A DNA stretch of 59,520 nucleotides, taken from Candidatus Saccharimonadales bacterium. Lineage in GTDB: Bacteria; Patescibacteriota; Microgenomatia; Woykebacterales; RBG-16-39-9b. The stretch covers positions 1 through 59,520 of the forward strand of contig DATIHF010000071.1 of NCBI GenBank assembly GCA_035480955.1. Reading direction: 5' to 3'. The position numbers and the translations under genes were made by a program. This document shows, piece by piece, positions 20,960 to 28,240 of the stretch; positions within the stretch are counted from its first letter, which is position 1; the number at the start of each line of letters is the position of its first letter. A model generated the notes under the pieces. It had not been told where the DNA came from. It saw only the letters and a program-made list of their open reading frames with translations, and did not search any database.

Positions 20960-21017
20960 GGGTCCTCCAAGACCTTGTCTTCACTGATCACTCGACCTGT
21001 GAAGTTTTGACCCAAAT

Positions 21018-21046
21018 ATGTTAGCACAAAATGTCAACATTGTCAA
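21018..21046 (-). promoter_or_regulatory. Extended -10 promoter (TTGACA-17-TGC-TAACAT) at the edge of cassette B
   Basis: Minus strand reads cccatagtgTTGACAatgttgacattttgtgcTAACATattt. Confidence 0.55.
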
Positions 21047-21088
21047 CACTATGGGTCTCTGTCTCTCTTTGTGTTAGAATTAGCTCTG

Positions 21089-22075
21089 ATGAAAATTTTA
21101 GGAATTGAAACTTCTTGTGATGAGACCGCAGCCGCCGTGGTGGAAGATGGTACAAAAATCTTGTCCAATCACCTCTCCTCTTCTCTACCCCATCATGCCC
21201 AAACCGGTGGGATCATCCCGGAGACTGCTGCTCGGGAGCAACTCAAAGCTTTTGTTCCGGTAATCGAGCAGACTCTGCAAGACGCTTCCCTCTCCCCTTC
21301 CCAGCTCGACGCCATTGCCGTCACCGCCGGTCCAGGTCTTTTTGGCTCTTTGATTATTGGGGTGGAGTCCGCCAAAGCACTCTCTTTTGCTTGGAATAAA
21401 CCTTTGGTTCCGATCAATCATTTAGTTGGGCATATTTACGCAAATTGGCTGGAAAATCCCCAAGTACCAAGCTTTCCTAACTTGACACTAGTGGTCTCCG
21501 GCGGGCATTCGGAATTAATTTTGGCCAAAGGTCACGGAGATTTCGAGTGGCTTGGCGGCACTCGTGATGACGCCGCCGGTGAAGCTTTTGATAAGACTGC
21601 CCGAGCGCTCGGACTCACCTATCCAGGCGGCCCCTCAATACAAAAAGCGGCAACTGGAGTAAAAAAACTCGCCAATACTCTTCCCCGTCCTCTTTCTACC
21701 AGTAACGACTTTGACTTCTCTTTTTCGGGGTTAAAAACCGCAGTGGTAAATCTTGCGGGCGACAAAAACCTATCGGAAACCGAGGTTTCCCAATTTGCCG
21801 CCGAGATCCAAGAAGCAATTGTTGATTCACTTTTGATAAAGGCAATGAAAGCAGCTGAGAAATACGACGTTAAAGAATTTCTCTTAGCCGGAGGGGTCGC
21901 GGCCAATACTCGCTTAGTTGAAAAAGCCCGTGAACAGTTTACCGGAGCAGTCCACGCCCCGTCCCCCAAACTTTGTGTGGACAACGGTGCGATGATCGCC
22001 GCCGCCGCTTTTTTCAATTATTCTCCAGTTCCGTGGGAAAAGGTCGAGGCTGACTCTAGTCTTTTCTTTGATTAA
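21089..22075 (+). CDS. tsaD: tRNA N6-adenosine threonylcarbamoyltransferase TsaD
   Basis: MKILGIETSCDETAAAVV and GVAAN blocks. The ATG at 21089 is preferred over the track GTG at 21071. Confidence 0.9.
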   Translation: MKILGIETSCDETAAAVVEDGTKILSNHLSSSLPHHAQTGGIIPETAAREQLKAFVPVIEQTLQDASLSPSQLDAIAVTAGPGLFGSLIIGVESAKALSFAWNKPLVPINHLVGHIYANWLENPQVPSFPNLTLVVSGGHSELILAKGHGDFEWLGGTRDDAAGEAFDKTARALGLTYPGGPSIQKAATGVKKLANTLPRPLSTSNDFDFSFSGLKTAVVNLAGDKNLSETEVSQFAAEIQEAIVDSLLIKAMKAAEKYDVKEFLLAGGVAANTRLVEKAREQFTGAVHAPSPKLCVDNGAMIAAAAFFNYSPVPWEKVEADSSLFFD

Positions 22076-22098
22076 ATTTAACTATATAATCCGCTCCA

Positions 22099-24177
22099 AT
22101 GGACAAAAGCTACGACCGCAAAAAGGTTGAAGAAAAATGGTACTCCTTTTGGGACGAACAGGGCTATTTTAAAGCCGATCCAAACTCTGATAAGCCAAAA
22201 TATTCTCTTTTGATTCCCCCACCCAATCTCACTGGTGAGCTTCATCTCGGCCATGCCATGCAGCACTCAATACTTGATGCTCTCGCCCGCTACAAAAGAA
22301 TGAGCGGTCACGACGTCCTCCTTTTACCCGGGGTCGATCACGCGGGTATTCAATTTGAGGCGGCTTTCGAAAAAAAGTTGTCCAAAGAAGGTCTCTCCAA
22401 ACAAAAACTCGGTCGTGAAGAGTGGCTCAAAAAAGCTTGGGGTTTTAAAGAAGAAGTCTATACTAGTGTTTCCAAAACCTGGCGCTTCCTCGGACTCTCC
22501 GCTGACTGGTCCCGAGAGGTTTTTACCCTCGATGAAGGTCCAAGGAAAGCAGTTTTTGAAGAATTCAAAACTTACTTTGATAAAGATTTGATTTACAAAG
22601 GCCCTTACATCGTGGTCTGGTGTCCCAAAGACCAAACGGCGATCGAAGATGTCGAGGTCGAATACGAAGAGAGAGCGGAAAAGCTCTACTATCTCAAGTA
22701 CGGTCCCCTGACTCTGGCAACGGCTCGGCCCGAAACCAAATTTGGCGACACTGCAGTAGCCGTGCATCCAGACGATAAACGCTTCCAAGAGTATGTTGGT
22801 AAAGAAATCGAGATCGAAACTCTCTCTGGCAAGAAAAAAATGCAAGTCATCGCCGACACTGCAGTTGACCCGAAATTTGGTACCGGAGTGATCAAAGTAA
22901 CTCCAGGACATGACTTTACCGACTACGAGATCGGCCAACGTCACAATTTACCAATCATTCAGGTTATAGACAAGACTGGTCGACTCACAGAGGTTGCGGG
23001 CAAATACGCCGGCATGAAAGTCGCCGAAGCTCGTGAAGCAATGCTGCCGGAGTTGCGGGAAAAAGGCATTTTGGTCAAAGAAGAAGATTACACTCACAAT
23101 GTCGCTGTTTGTGAACGCTGCAAGAGTGTCGTGGAGCCCATTATTTCCGAAGAATGGTTCGTCAAAGTTAGGGAAATGGCCAAAGAAGCTGTTCAACTCA
23201 TTAAAGAAGACGAAATCACTTTTTTACCAAAAAATTACGAGAAAATTTTGGTGGAGTGGCTCGAAAATATTCACGACTGGTGTATCTCTCGCTCTCTCTG
23301 GTGGGGACACCGCATCCCAGTTTGGTATAAAGACAAAGAAATGAAGGTTTCTCAAGATTCTCCTGGTGAGGGTTGGGTTCAGGATGAGCAAGTACTGGAC
23401 ACTTGGTTCTCTTCTGGCCTGTGGCCTTTTTCGACTTTGGGTTGGCCAGAGAAAAGTACTGAGCTTGAAAAATACTTCCCCTGGGATTTTGAGATCAGTG
23501 CTCCGGAGATTAAATATCTCTGGATTGCGCGTATGGTCATGCTCAGCAAATATTTCACTGATCAAGTTCCTTTCAAAACCATGTTTTTCCACGGCATGTT
23601 GCGAGATCTGGAAGGGCGTAAGTTTTCCAAATCTTTGGGCAATGGCATTGATCCCAACTATTTGATTGAAAATTGGGGGGTGGATGCCACCCGCATGGCG
23701 CTCTACTCCTACTCAGTCCCGGGACGAGACGGGAGAGTTTCTAAACAAATTCTCGATGAGCGAGGAAAAAACTTCCGCAATTTCGAAACCAAACTAAGAA
23801 ATATCGCTCACTACGTCATTGAGCTAAAACCAGAAGGATCTAACGAAAAGTTAGATTTTAAAAATGAAGACGACGCGTGGATCAAAAAAGAACTTGAGAC
23901 TACTATTAATAATGTAAGCGCCAATATTGATTCACTTAATCTACATCTGGCGACTGAAGAGATTTACAATTTCGTCTGGCACAAGCTTGCTGATGTTTAT
24001 CTAGAAAAAACTAAAGAGCGTCGAGCGGAGGCGCAACCAATACTAGAATATGTATTAGAGTCTTCTTTAAAACTTCTCCATCCTTTCATGCCTTTTGTCA
24101 CGGAAGAGCTCTGGCAGAGCCTACCTAACAAAAAAGGTGAATCCATCACGATCTCCCTTTGGCCAAAAAACCCTTAA
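22099..24177 (+). CDS. valS: Valyl-tRNA synthetase, short form (692 aa, no C-terminal coiled coil)
   Basis: PPPNLTGELHLGHA (HIGH motif), KFSKSLGN (KMSKS motif), LLHPFMPFVTEELWQ. Confidence 0.9.
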   Translation: MDKSYDRKKVEEKWYSFWDEQGYFKADPNSDKPKYSLLIPPPNLTGELHLGHAMQHSILDALARYKRMSGHDVLLLPGVDHAGIQFEAAFEKKLSKEGLSKQKLGREEWLKKAWGFKEEVYTSVSKTWRFLGLSADWSREVFTLDEGPRKAVFEEFKTYFDKDLIYKGPYIVVWCPKDQTAIEDVEVEYEERAEKLYYLKYGPLTLATARPETKFGDTAVAVHPDDKRFQEYVGKEIEIETLSGKKKMQVIADTAVDPKFGTGVIKVTPGHDFTDYEIGQRHNLPIIQVIDKTGRLTEVAGKYAGMKVAEAREAMLPELREKGILVKEEDYTHNVAVCERCKSVVEPIISEEWFVKVREMAKEAVQLIKEDEITFLPKNYEKILVEWLENIHDWCISRSLWWGHRIPVWYKDKEMKVSQDSPGEGWVQDEQVLDTWFSSGLWPFSTLGWPEKSTELEKYFPWDFEISAPEIKYLWIARMVMLSKYFTDQVPFKTMFFHGMLRDLEGRKFSKSLGNGIDPNYLIENWGVDATRMALYSYSVPGRDGRVSKQILDERGKNFRNFETKLRNIAHYVIELKPEGSNEKLDFKNEDDAWIKKELETTINNVSANIDSLNLHLATEEIYNFVWHKLADVYLEKTKERRAEAQPILEYVLESSLKLLHPFMPFVTEELWQSLPNKKGESITISLWPKNP

Positions 24178-24233
24178 AAACGCAAACGGGACAGATCCGA
24201 GAGTGTTCCGAAGAACAAACCCGAACCTGCCCC
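24178..24233 (-). terminator. Strand-specific terminator closing cassette C
   Basis: Minus-strand RNA: GGGGCAGGUUCGGG pairs with CUCGGAUCUGUCCC as a 14-bp stem with 4 G-U pairs (these become A-C mismatches on the plus strand). Apical GUUC-UUCG-GAAC, followed by GUUUGCGUUUUU. Confidence 0.65.
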
Positions 24234-24246
24234 CTTGCACACTGTG

Positions 24247-24798
24247 TTAGTTGCCCGAACTTCCGTAGCCGTAGTTAATGGACCGCAGGGCCTGGTGGTA
24301 GTCGAACGCCCGATTGCTCCGCCGTCTGAACCGCTGAGTTACCGTGTGCGGCAGAGGGTCGAAGGCTCGGTCGATGTCGGCGTCGAACCCGCGGGTCGAG
24401 GTTTCGAACCAAGATCCGTTGAGCTTACGCTCCACAGCCCATCCCAGCCATAACTCGCTGGCCAGATGGGCAAACACTCCTGGCTTCTCGTCGACGAGCA
24501 TCTGGTTGATGCGCTCGTTGACCACCTTCGGCCAAGAAACCCTACTCAACCGCCGGTTGATCTCGCGGAGGATGGGCCTGCGGACAATGTCCATGCTGAG
24601 CCCCGTCAAACGAGAGAGCCGGTCGGCGCGCTCGCGAGGGCTTGGGTAATATTCGCCCAAGACCTCACGCAATCTGCTGCGTAACCCCTCCTGCTCCTCC
24701 TGGCTGACGAAGTCGTAGTTCGCCCGAATCCAAGGGCGGATACGCCGCTGGAAACGCGTCTCAATCGACTGGTCTTCGGCTTCGTGATCCATGACCAT
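24247..24798 (-). CDS. Hypothetical protein, 183 aa (orphan, Arg/Trp-rich)
   Basis: Track ORF with AAAGGA 7 nt upstream. No family motif recognised. LSRLTGLSMDIVRR could be an HTH (weak). Confidence 0.6.
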   Translation of the reverse strand: MVMDHEAEDQSIETRFQRRIRPWIRANYDFVSQEEQEGLRSRLREVLGEYYPSPRERADRLSRLTGLSMDIVRRPILREINRRLSRVSWPKVVNERINQMLVDEKPGVFAHLASELWLGWAVERKLNGSWFETSTRGFDADIDRAFDPLPHTVTQRFRRRSNRAFDYHQALRSINYGYGSSGN

Positions 24799-24827
24799 TT
24801 TTAATTCCTTTCAGTGTGCATCGGTCA

Positions 24828-24886
24828 TTTAACCTTGATGGTTAAAGATCCGCTTAAGAAAACGAGGTTGCCCTCATTTGCTTAAG
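24828..24886 (-). promoter_or_regulatory. Leader module 1 (HP1 CTTAAG-framed hairpin plus HP2)
   Basis: Minus strand: CTTAAGCAAAT-GAGG-gcaa-CCTC-GTTTTCTTAAG (24853-24886), then TTTAACC-atcaa-GGTTAAA (24828-24846). HP1 starts 88 nt before the ATG at 24798. Confidence 0.5.
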
Positions 24887-24938
24887 ATTAGGTGACGCAA
24901 CTGGTTGTTGCGGCACCCGGGGCGCTGTCGGTGAAAGA

Positions 24939-25061
24939 CTACGCCCTCTTTGGCAGTTTGATGATGATTTCAGTACGCTTGCTTCGCTTCCGAAACGCGT
25001 CCCAGAGTGTTGCGTCTTGGAAGTTAAGGACGTAGCGCTCGAGATTCACCCATTCGGGCAT
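24939..25061 (-). CDS. Candidate micro-protein, 40 aa (MPEWVNLERYVLNFQDATLWDAFRKRSKRTEIIIKLPKRA)
   Basis: AGGAGG with an 8-nt spacer, then ATG, beginning 20 nt after the hydrolase stop. Below the track cutoff. Confidence 0.35.
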   Translation of the reverse strand: MPEWVNLERYVLNFQDATLWDAFRKRSKRTEIIIKLPKRA

Positions 25062-25080
25062 CTGCCTTACCTCCTTTCTG

Positions 25081-25794
25081 TCAGTTCAACAACGACTCGA
25101 TGATGCTCGCTGCTCTTTCCGGCTCTAGGATGATCCAATCATGACCTGCATTGCGAACGATTACCGGATCCTGCCGAAGCGCTCTCCGCATCTCCCAGCA
25201 GTTTGGGAAATACTCATCGTCGTCCGACCAAACCAAGTCTATTGGAACCTCGACTAGTTTGATCTGCCTGACCACGTCACTCTGAGTCGTGATCTGAAAC
25301 GCTTCCCACATCCAGAACGGATGAAGCAAGCTGTTGCGGACGAAACTCAGCACGATCTGAAGCGCTTTCACTTTGTTGCGGCCGAAATTACGCCGGTTCT
25401 TTCTTAGGGCCGCACCTAACCAACCGATGAGGCTGCGATTCACTTTCTCCCCAGCGATAGAGTTGGCAACTATTTTGCCAAACCTCTCCGGAAAAACTAC
25501 GACCCAGCGCAAAGCGACCAAACCACCCATCGAATGGGCGACGATGTCAACTCTGCCCCAACCATACTTTTCCGCGAGCTCTTCCAGTGCGCTCACGATC
25601 TGCCATCCATCGCCCAAACCATTGAGGTCCGGGATGACAACGAGGTGACTCTTCGCGAGCTCCTCTCCCAGATCCTCGTACAGGCTCGGACTCATTCCTA
25701 GGCCATGCAAAAGGACCACAGTGCTATCGTGTTCAGTCCCCGCGAGGAGATAGTGAACACGAGTACTGCCGACCAGATCACTGCAGTGCTTCAC
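25081..25794 (-). CDS. Alpha/beta-fold hydrolase, 237 aa
   Basis: LLHGLG (oxyanion hole), AHSMGG (nucleophile elbow), WSDDDEY, AGHDW. The GTG at 25794 is preceded by AAGGAGG with a 6-nt spacer. The track ATG at 25905 has no RBS and would read through leader module 2. Confidence 0.8.
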   Translation of the reverse strand: MKHCSDLVGSTRVHYLLAGTEHDSTVVLLHGLGMSPSLYEDLGEELAKSHLVVIPDLNGLGDGWQIVSALEELAEKYGWGRVDIVAHSMGGLVALRWVVVFPERFGKIVANSIAGEKVNRSLIGWLGAALRKNRRNFGRNKVKALQIVLSFVRNSLLHPFWMWEAFQITTQSDVVRQIKLVEVPIDLVWSDDDEYFPNCWEMRRALRQDPVIVRNAGHDWIILEPERAASIIESLLN

Positions 25795-25819
25795 GCTCTC
25801 CCTCCTTAGGGATACAAAA

Positions 25820-25875
25820 GCTCGATTCTCGAGCCTCCGCTTAAGAAAACCAACAGTAAAGTTGATTTGCTTAAG
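25820..25875 (-). promoter_or_regulatory. Leader module 2 (HP1 plus HP2)
   Basis: Minus strand: CTTAAGCAAAT-CAAC-tttact-GTTG-GTTTTCTTAAG (25840-25875), then GCTCGA-gaa-TCGAGC (25820-25834). HP1 starts 81 nt before the GTG at 25794. Confidence 0.5.
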
Positions 25876-26126
25876 GGGAATGTTCTTCTGGGAAGAACTC
25901 AGCATGCAGATTGCATACCTAAAAGCCCCTTCTTCTCTATTGTGGGATACCTCTGAAATCTGGCTGATTCCCTAGGTGCCTATGGATCATGCGTAAAGTT
26001 GGCTCCCAACAACCAACAATCACTCCCCATAGGTCTCAGGCTTTTTTTCGTTGTCCTGCCAACGACTTTGCTTTTACCCCAGCAGTATTTTCTGGGAACT
26101 AACCGGATGTTAGCTTTTGCCTGAAG

Positions 26127-26687
26127 CTAGAACAGACCGCGCAGTTTTTGCTCTGCGGCTGCACGCACGAGATCCCTCAGAGATTCCCATTCATCTGAGT
26201 CTGATATCATGCTTTGAAGTACGTCGACGGCCATGAAACGTACCCTTGTTTCGGCCGACTCATCTTCAGCAACAGCCTTGAGGGCTGCTTGATCCGACTT
26301 GATCTTCTCGATCGCCAGCCCATCGGCCAACGCGCTCTGGGCCGCTTCGCTAGCATAATCCAACGCGTTTTGGGAAACCTTTTCGAGTGCTTCCCTGGCG
26401 TGCGGGATCTCGACATGCTCGGATAATTCGTCCGCGGCCATCTCGCGAAGATCCGTGGGACGGTTGGGATCGAGTAGAACCTCGATCGCTCCTTCCATTG
26501 TGCGGATAGGCTCGAGGTACTTCCTCAACTTTTCGCCGTCCAGGTCACGGTTCATGCATTGCATGCAACCCATGACATGTTTGTCAACCTCCTGCAAGTC
26601 CTCTGGCAGGGTGTCGTCTGGTCCCAAAGCAGCTAGTTCCCTTTCATGGAAGAGCCGCCTCAGCACCTCTGCGTTTGGGTGTTCCAT
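26127..26687 (-). CDS. Cytoplasmic protein with an N-terminal ZAS-type (H-x3-C-x2-C) zinc motif and a HEAT-like helical C-terminus
   Basis: H14...H37-VMG-C41-MQ-C44. The C-terminal helical repeats (e.g. ETRVRFMAVDVLQ) resemble HEAT/PBS-lyase repeats. RBS AAGGAG. No TM segment. Confidence 0.55.
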   Translation of the reverse strand: MEHPNAEVLRRLFHERELAALGPDDTLPEDLQEVDKHVMGCMQCMNRDLDGEKLRKYLEPIRTMEGAIEVLLDPNRPTDLREMAADELSEHVEIPHAREALEKVSQNALDYASEAAQSALADGLAIEKIKSDQAALKAVAEDESAETRVRFMAVDVLQSMISDSDEWESLRDLVRAAAEQKLRGLF

Positions 26688-26838
26688 TGAACTACTCCTT
26701 TATTGCAGCGAAAGCATCAGAGGAGGCTTTCAATCTCCTGTATCGAACCAAATAGCCTGCGAGAGTGGTTTTCTTGTTAGAAAACTCTCCGCTTTGGGTG
26801 GCTAGAAAATCCCGCTCAATTAGACTAGAGCTTGTCAC

Positions 26839-26872
26839 AAAACCAAACGACCTTATTCGGGACGTTTGGTTT
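26839..26872 (-). terminator. Internal hairpin/terminator overlapping the stop of the 56-aa gene
   Basis: Minus strand reads AAACCAAACG-tcccgaataaggt-CGTTTGGTTT followed by TGTG (weak U-tract). Confidence 0.45.
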
Positions 26873-27041
26873 AGAGTTGTGGCTGCTGTGCTTTTTCTAG
26901 GTTGTAGAATACAATCCCCAACCCGTAAAAAAAGCCAGCCAAGGCCGTAGCCATGATCGCAAGCGTCACGGTACCCGTGAACACCGCTACCGCTGCCACA
27001 ACCGCAGCCACCAAGGCCGCGACGAAGTATAAGGTTATCAC
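26871..27041 (-). CDS. Small hydrophobic protein, 56 aa, 2 predicted TM
   Basis: The GTG at 27041 is preceded by AAGGAGG with a 5-nt spacer. Sequence VITLYFVAALVAAVVAAVAVFTG...LAGFFYGLGIVFYNLEKAQQPQL. The track start at 27161 would run through leader module 3. Confidence 0.5.
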   Translation of the reverse strand: MITLYFVAALVAAVVAAVAVFTGTVTLAIMATALAGFFYGLGIVFYNLEKAQQPQL

Positions 27042-27063
27042 CCTAACCTCCTTTACTAAGAGT

Positions 27064-27119
27064 CCAGATTCATTTGATCCGGCCTCTCTTAAATCAACCT
27101 CTAGTGAGACTGGCTTAAG
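27064..27119 (-). promoter_or_regulatory. Leader module 3 (HP1 plus HP2)
   Basis: Minus strand: CTTAAGCCAGTCTCA-ctaga-GGTTGATTTAAG (27088-27119), then CCGGAT-CAAATGA-ATCTGG (27064-27082). HP1 starts 78 nt before the GTG at 27041. Confidence 0.5.
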
Positions 27120-27192
27120 GATTCCCGAGGGGTTGGTTGTTACTCTTTCAGTGCGTTGCACCTACTCGAACACCCTCGGGTTTCCATCAGAA

Positions 27193-27438
27193 TTAGCTCC
27201 AGATCAGCGGGATCCGAAGCTTGGGGTTCGCCAGCTTGAGGTAGACCGCGTGGTCTCCCCGAATAGCTGTCGCCTTGACGATGAAGCCTGTGCCGCTTCC
27301 TTCCTCGTAAGCAGCTGACTTCACCTGGCCGATGTTGACGTGAACTCCACTCTTCGTCAGCACGGTCAGCTCTTCTCCCAACGACGGACGCTGCGCGATG
27401 GTTCCACCGTCGATGATGACCGGCAAAACCGTGACCAT
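27193..27438 (-). CDS. Hypothetical protein, 81 aa
   Basis: The ATG at 27438 is preceded by AGGAGG with a 4-nt spacer. Sequence MVTVLPVIIDGGTIAQRPSLGEE.... The track start at 27468 lacks an RBS. Confidence 0.55.
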   Translation of the reverse strand: MVTVLPVIIDGGTIAQRPSLGEELTVLTKSGVHVNIGQVKSAAYEEGSGTGFIVKATAIRGDHAVYLKLANPKLRIPLIWS

Positions 27439-27459
27439 GGGACCTCCTGATGGATAAGC

Positions 27460-27518
27460 CACAAACAATTTAGCTTGTGCGCTCCCTTAAATCAGCCTCA
27501 GATTGAGACTGGCTTAAG
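27460..27518 (-). promoter_or_regulatory. Leader module 4 (HP1 plus HP2)
   Basis: Minus strand: CTTAAGCCAGTCTCA-atctga-GGCTGATTTAAG (27486-27518), then CACAAGC-taaatt-GTTTGTG (27460-27479). HP1 starts 80 nt before the ATG at 27438. Confidence 0.5.
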
Positions 27519-27587
27519 GAAATTAGTTACTTTGCTAGGCAAAGAACTCGGCTTAGTTTTCCAGGCTAAGCTTGAAGAAAAGTGAAG

Positions 27588-27989
27588 TCAGTAACCCCAG
27601 GCCTTGAAGTCTCCGAAGAGCTTCAGCGCGTTGAGCAGAATCTCCTCGATCGTCAGCTTGGCGTATTCCTCGGCGGGCGTCGACGGTACAAGAGCCTCGT
27701 TGATCTGAAGTGCTTCCCCGATCCGCTCTCTTTGCGTCTCACAGAGGTCAATCATGAGGTCCACATCGTAGGGGTAGCCTTCGTTACCCTTCCTGAAGTG
27801 GTAGGTGACCGCTTCAGTAAGACGGAATCGGAAGTATACCTCTGCCACGAACATGAACGAATCGACCGGCACCTGCCACATGAACTGCTCGCCTAGCGCG
27901 TGGACCAGTTTGGCCCATTCTATCTCCCCAGACTCAGCTTGGCGTACCAAGTTTCGTGCCTGGACAATCCTATCGACTTCCTTTGACAT
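27588..27989 (-). CDS. Hypothetical protein, 133 aa
   Basis: The ATG at 27989 is preceded by AAGGAG with a 6-nt spacer (track start 28007). No motif recognised. Confidence 0.6.
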   Translation of the reverse strand: MSKEVDRIVQARNLVRQAESGEIEWAKLVHALGEQFMWQVPVDSFMFVAEVYFRFRLTEAVTYHFRKGNEGYPYDVDLMIDLCETQRERIGEALQINEALVPSTPAEEYAKLTIEEILLNALKLFGDFKAWGY

Positions 27990-28010
27990 TTCACACTCCT
28001 TGAGCATAGT

Positions 28011-28069
28011 TCGAGCTCATTTGGCTCAAACTCCAAAGTACTAAAAAAGCACCTGGTAACTGGCTTCAA
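28011..28069 (-). promoter_or_regulatory. Leader module 5 (degenerate HP1 plus HP2)
   Basis: Minus strand: TTGAAGCCAGTTACCAGGT (28051-28069) resembles CTTAAGCCAGTCTCA. HP2 is TTGAGC-CAAATGA-GCTCGA (28011-29), with the same loop as module 3 on a different stem. It starts 80 nt before the ATG at 27989. Confidence 0.35.
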
Positions 28070-28211
28070 ATGTATATTCTTCAGGGCAATGACTTGCAAT
28101 GACAGTTCTTTATACTTCAAACCCAGTTACTAGATGCCTTGATCTAGATAACTTGATCGCTGTGGCAGCTTCAAAAGTCAGCTGGCGATCTATTTAATTG
28201 TTAATGACAAA

Positions 28212-28240
28212 AGTATAGCACACTATCGGCCATTTGTCAA
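28212..28240 (-). promoter_or_regulatory. Extended -10 promoter (TTGACA-17-TGC-TATACT) at the edge of cassette C
   Basis: Minus strand reads gtacTTGACAaatggccgatagtgtgcTATACTttt. The -35 and -10 flanks are identical to the cassette A promoter. Confidence 0.6.

Noticed and set aside
20635-21010. Plus-strand ORFs 20635..20823, 20768..21010 and 20796..20987 in cassette B
   Set aside because: They run against the promoter/terminator orientation, have no RBS, and show Arg/Gly/Ala-rich composition consistent with chance ORFs in 65%-GC DNA.
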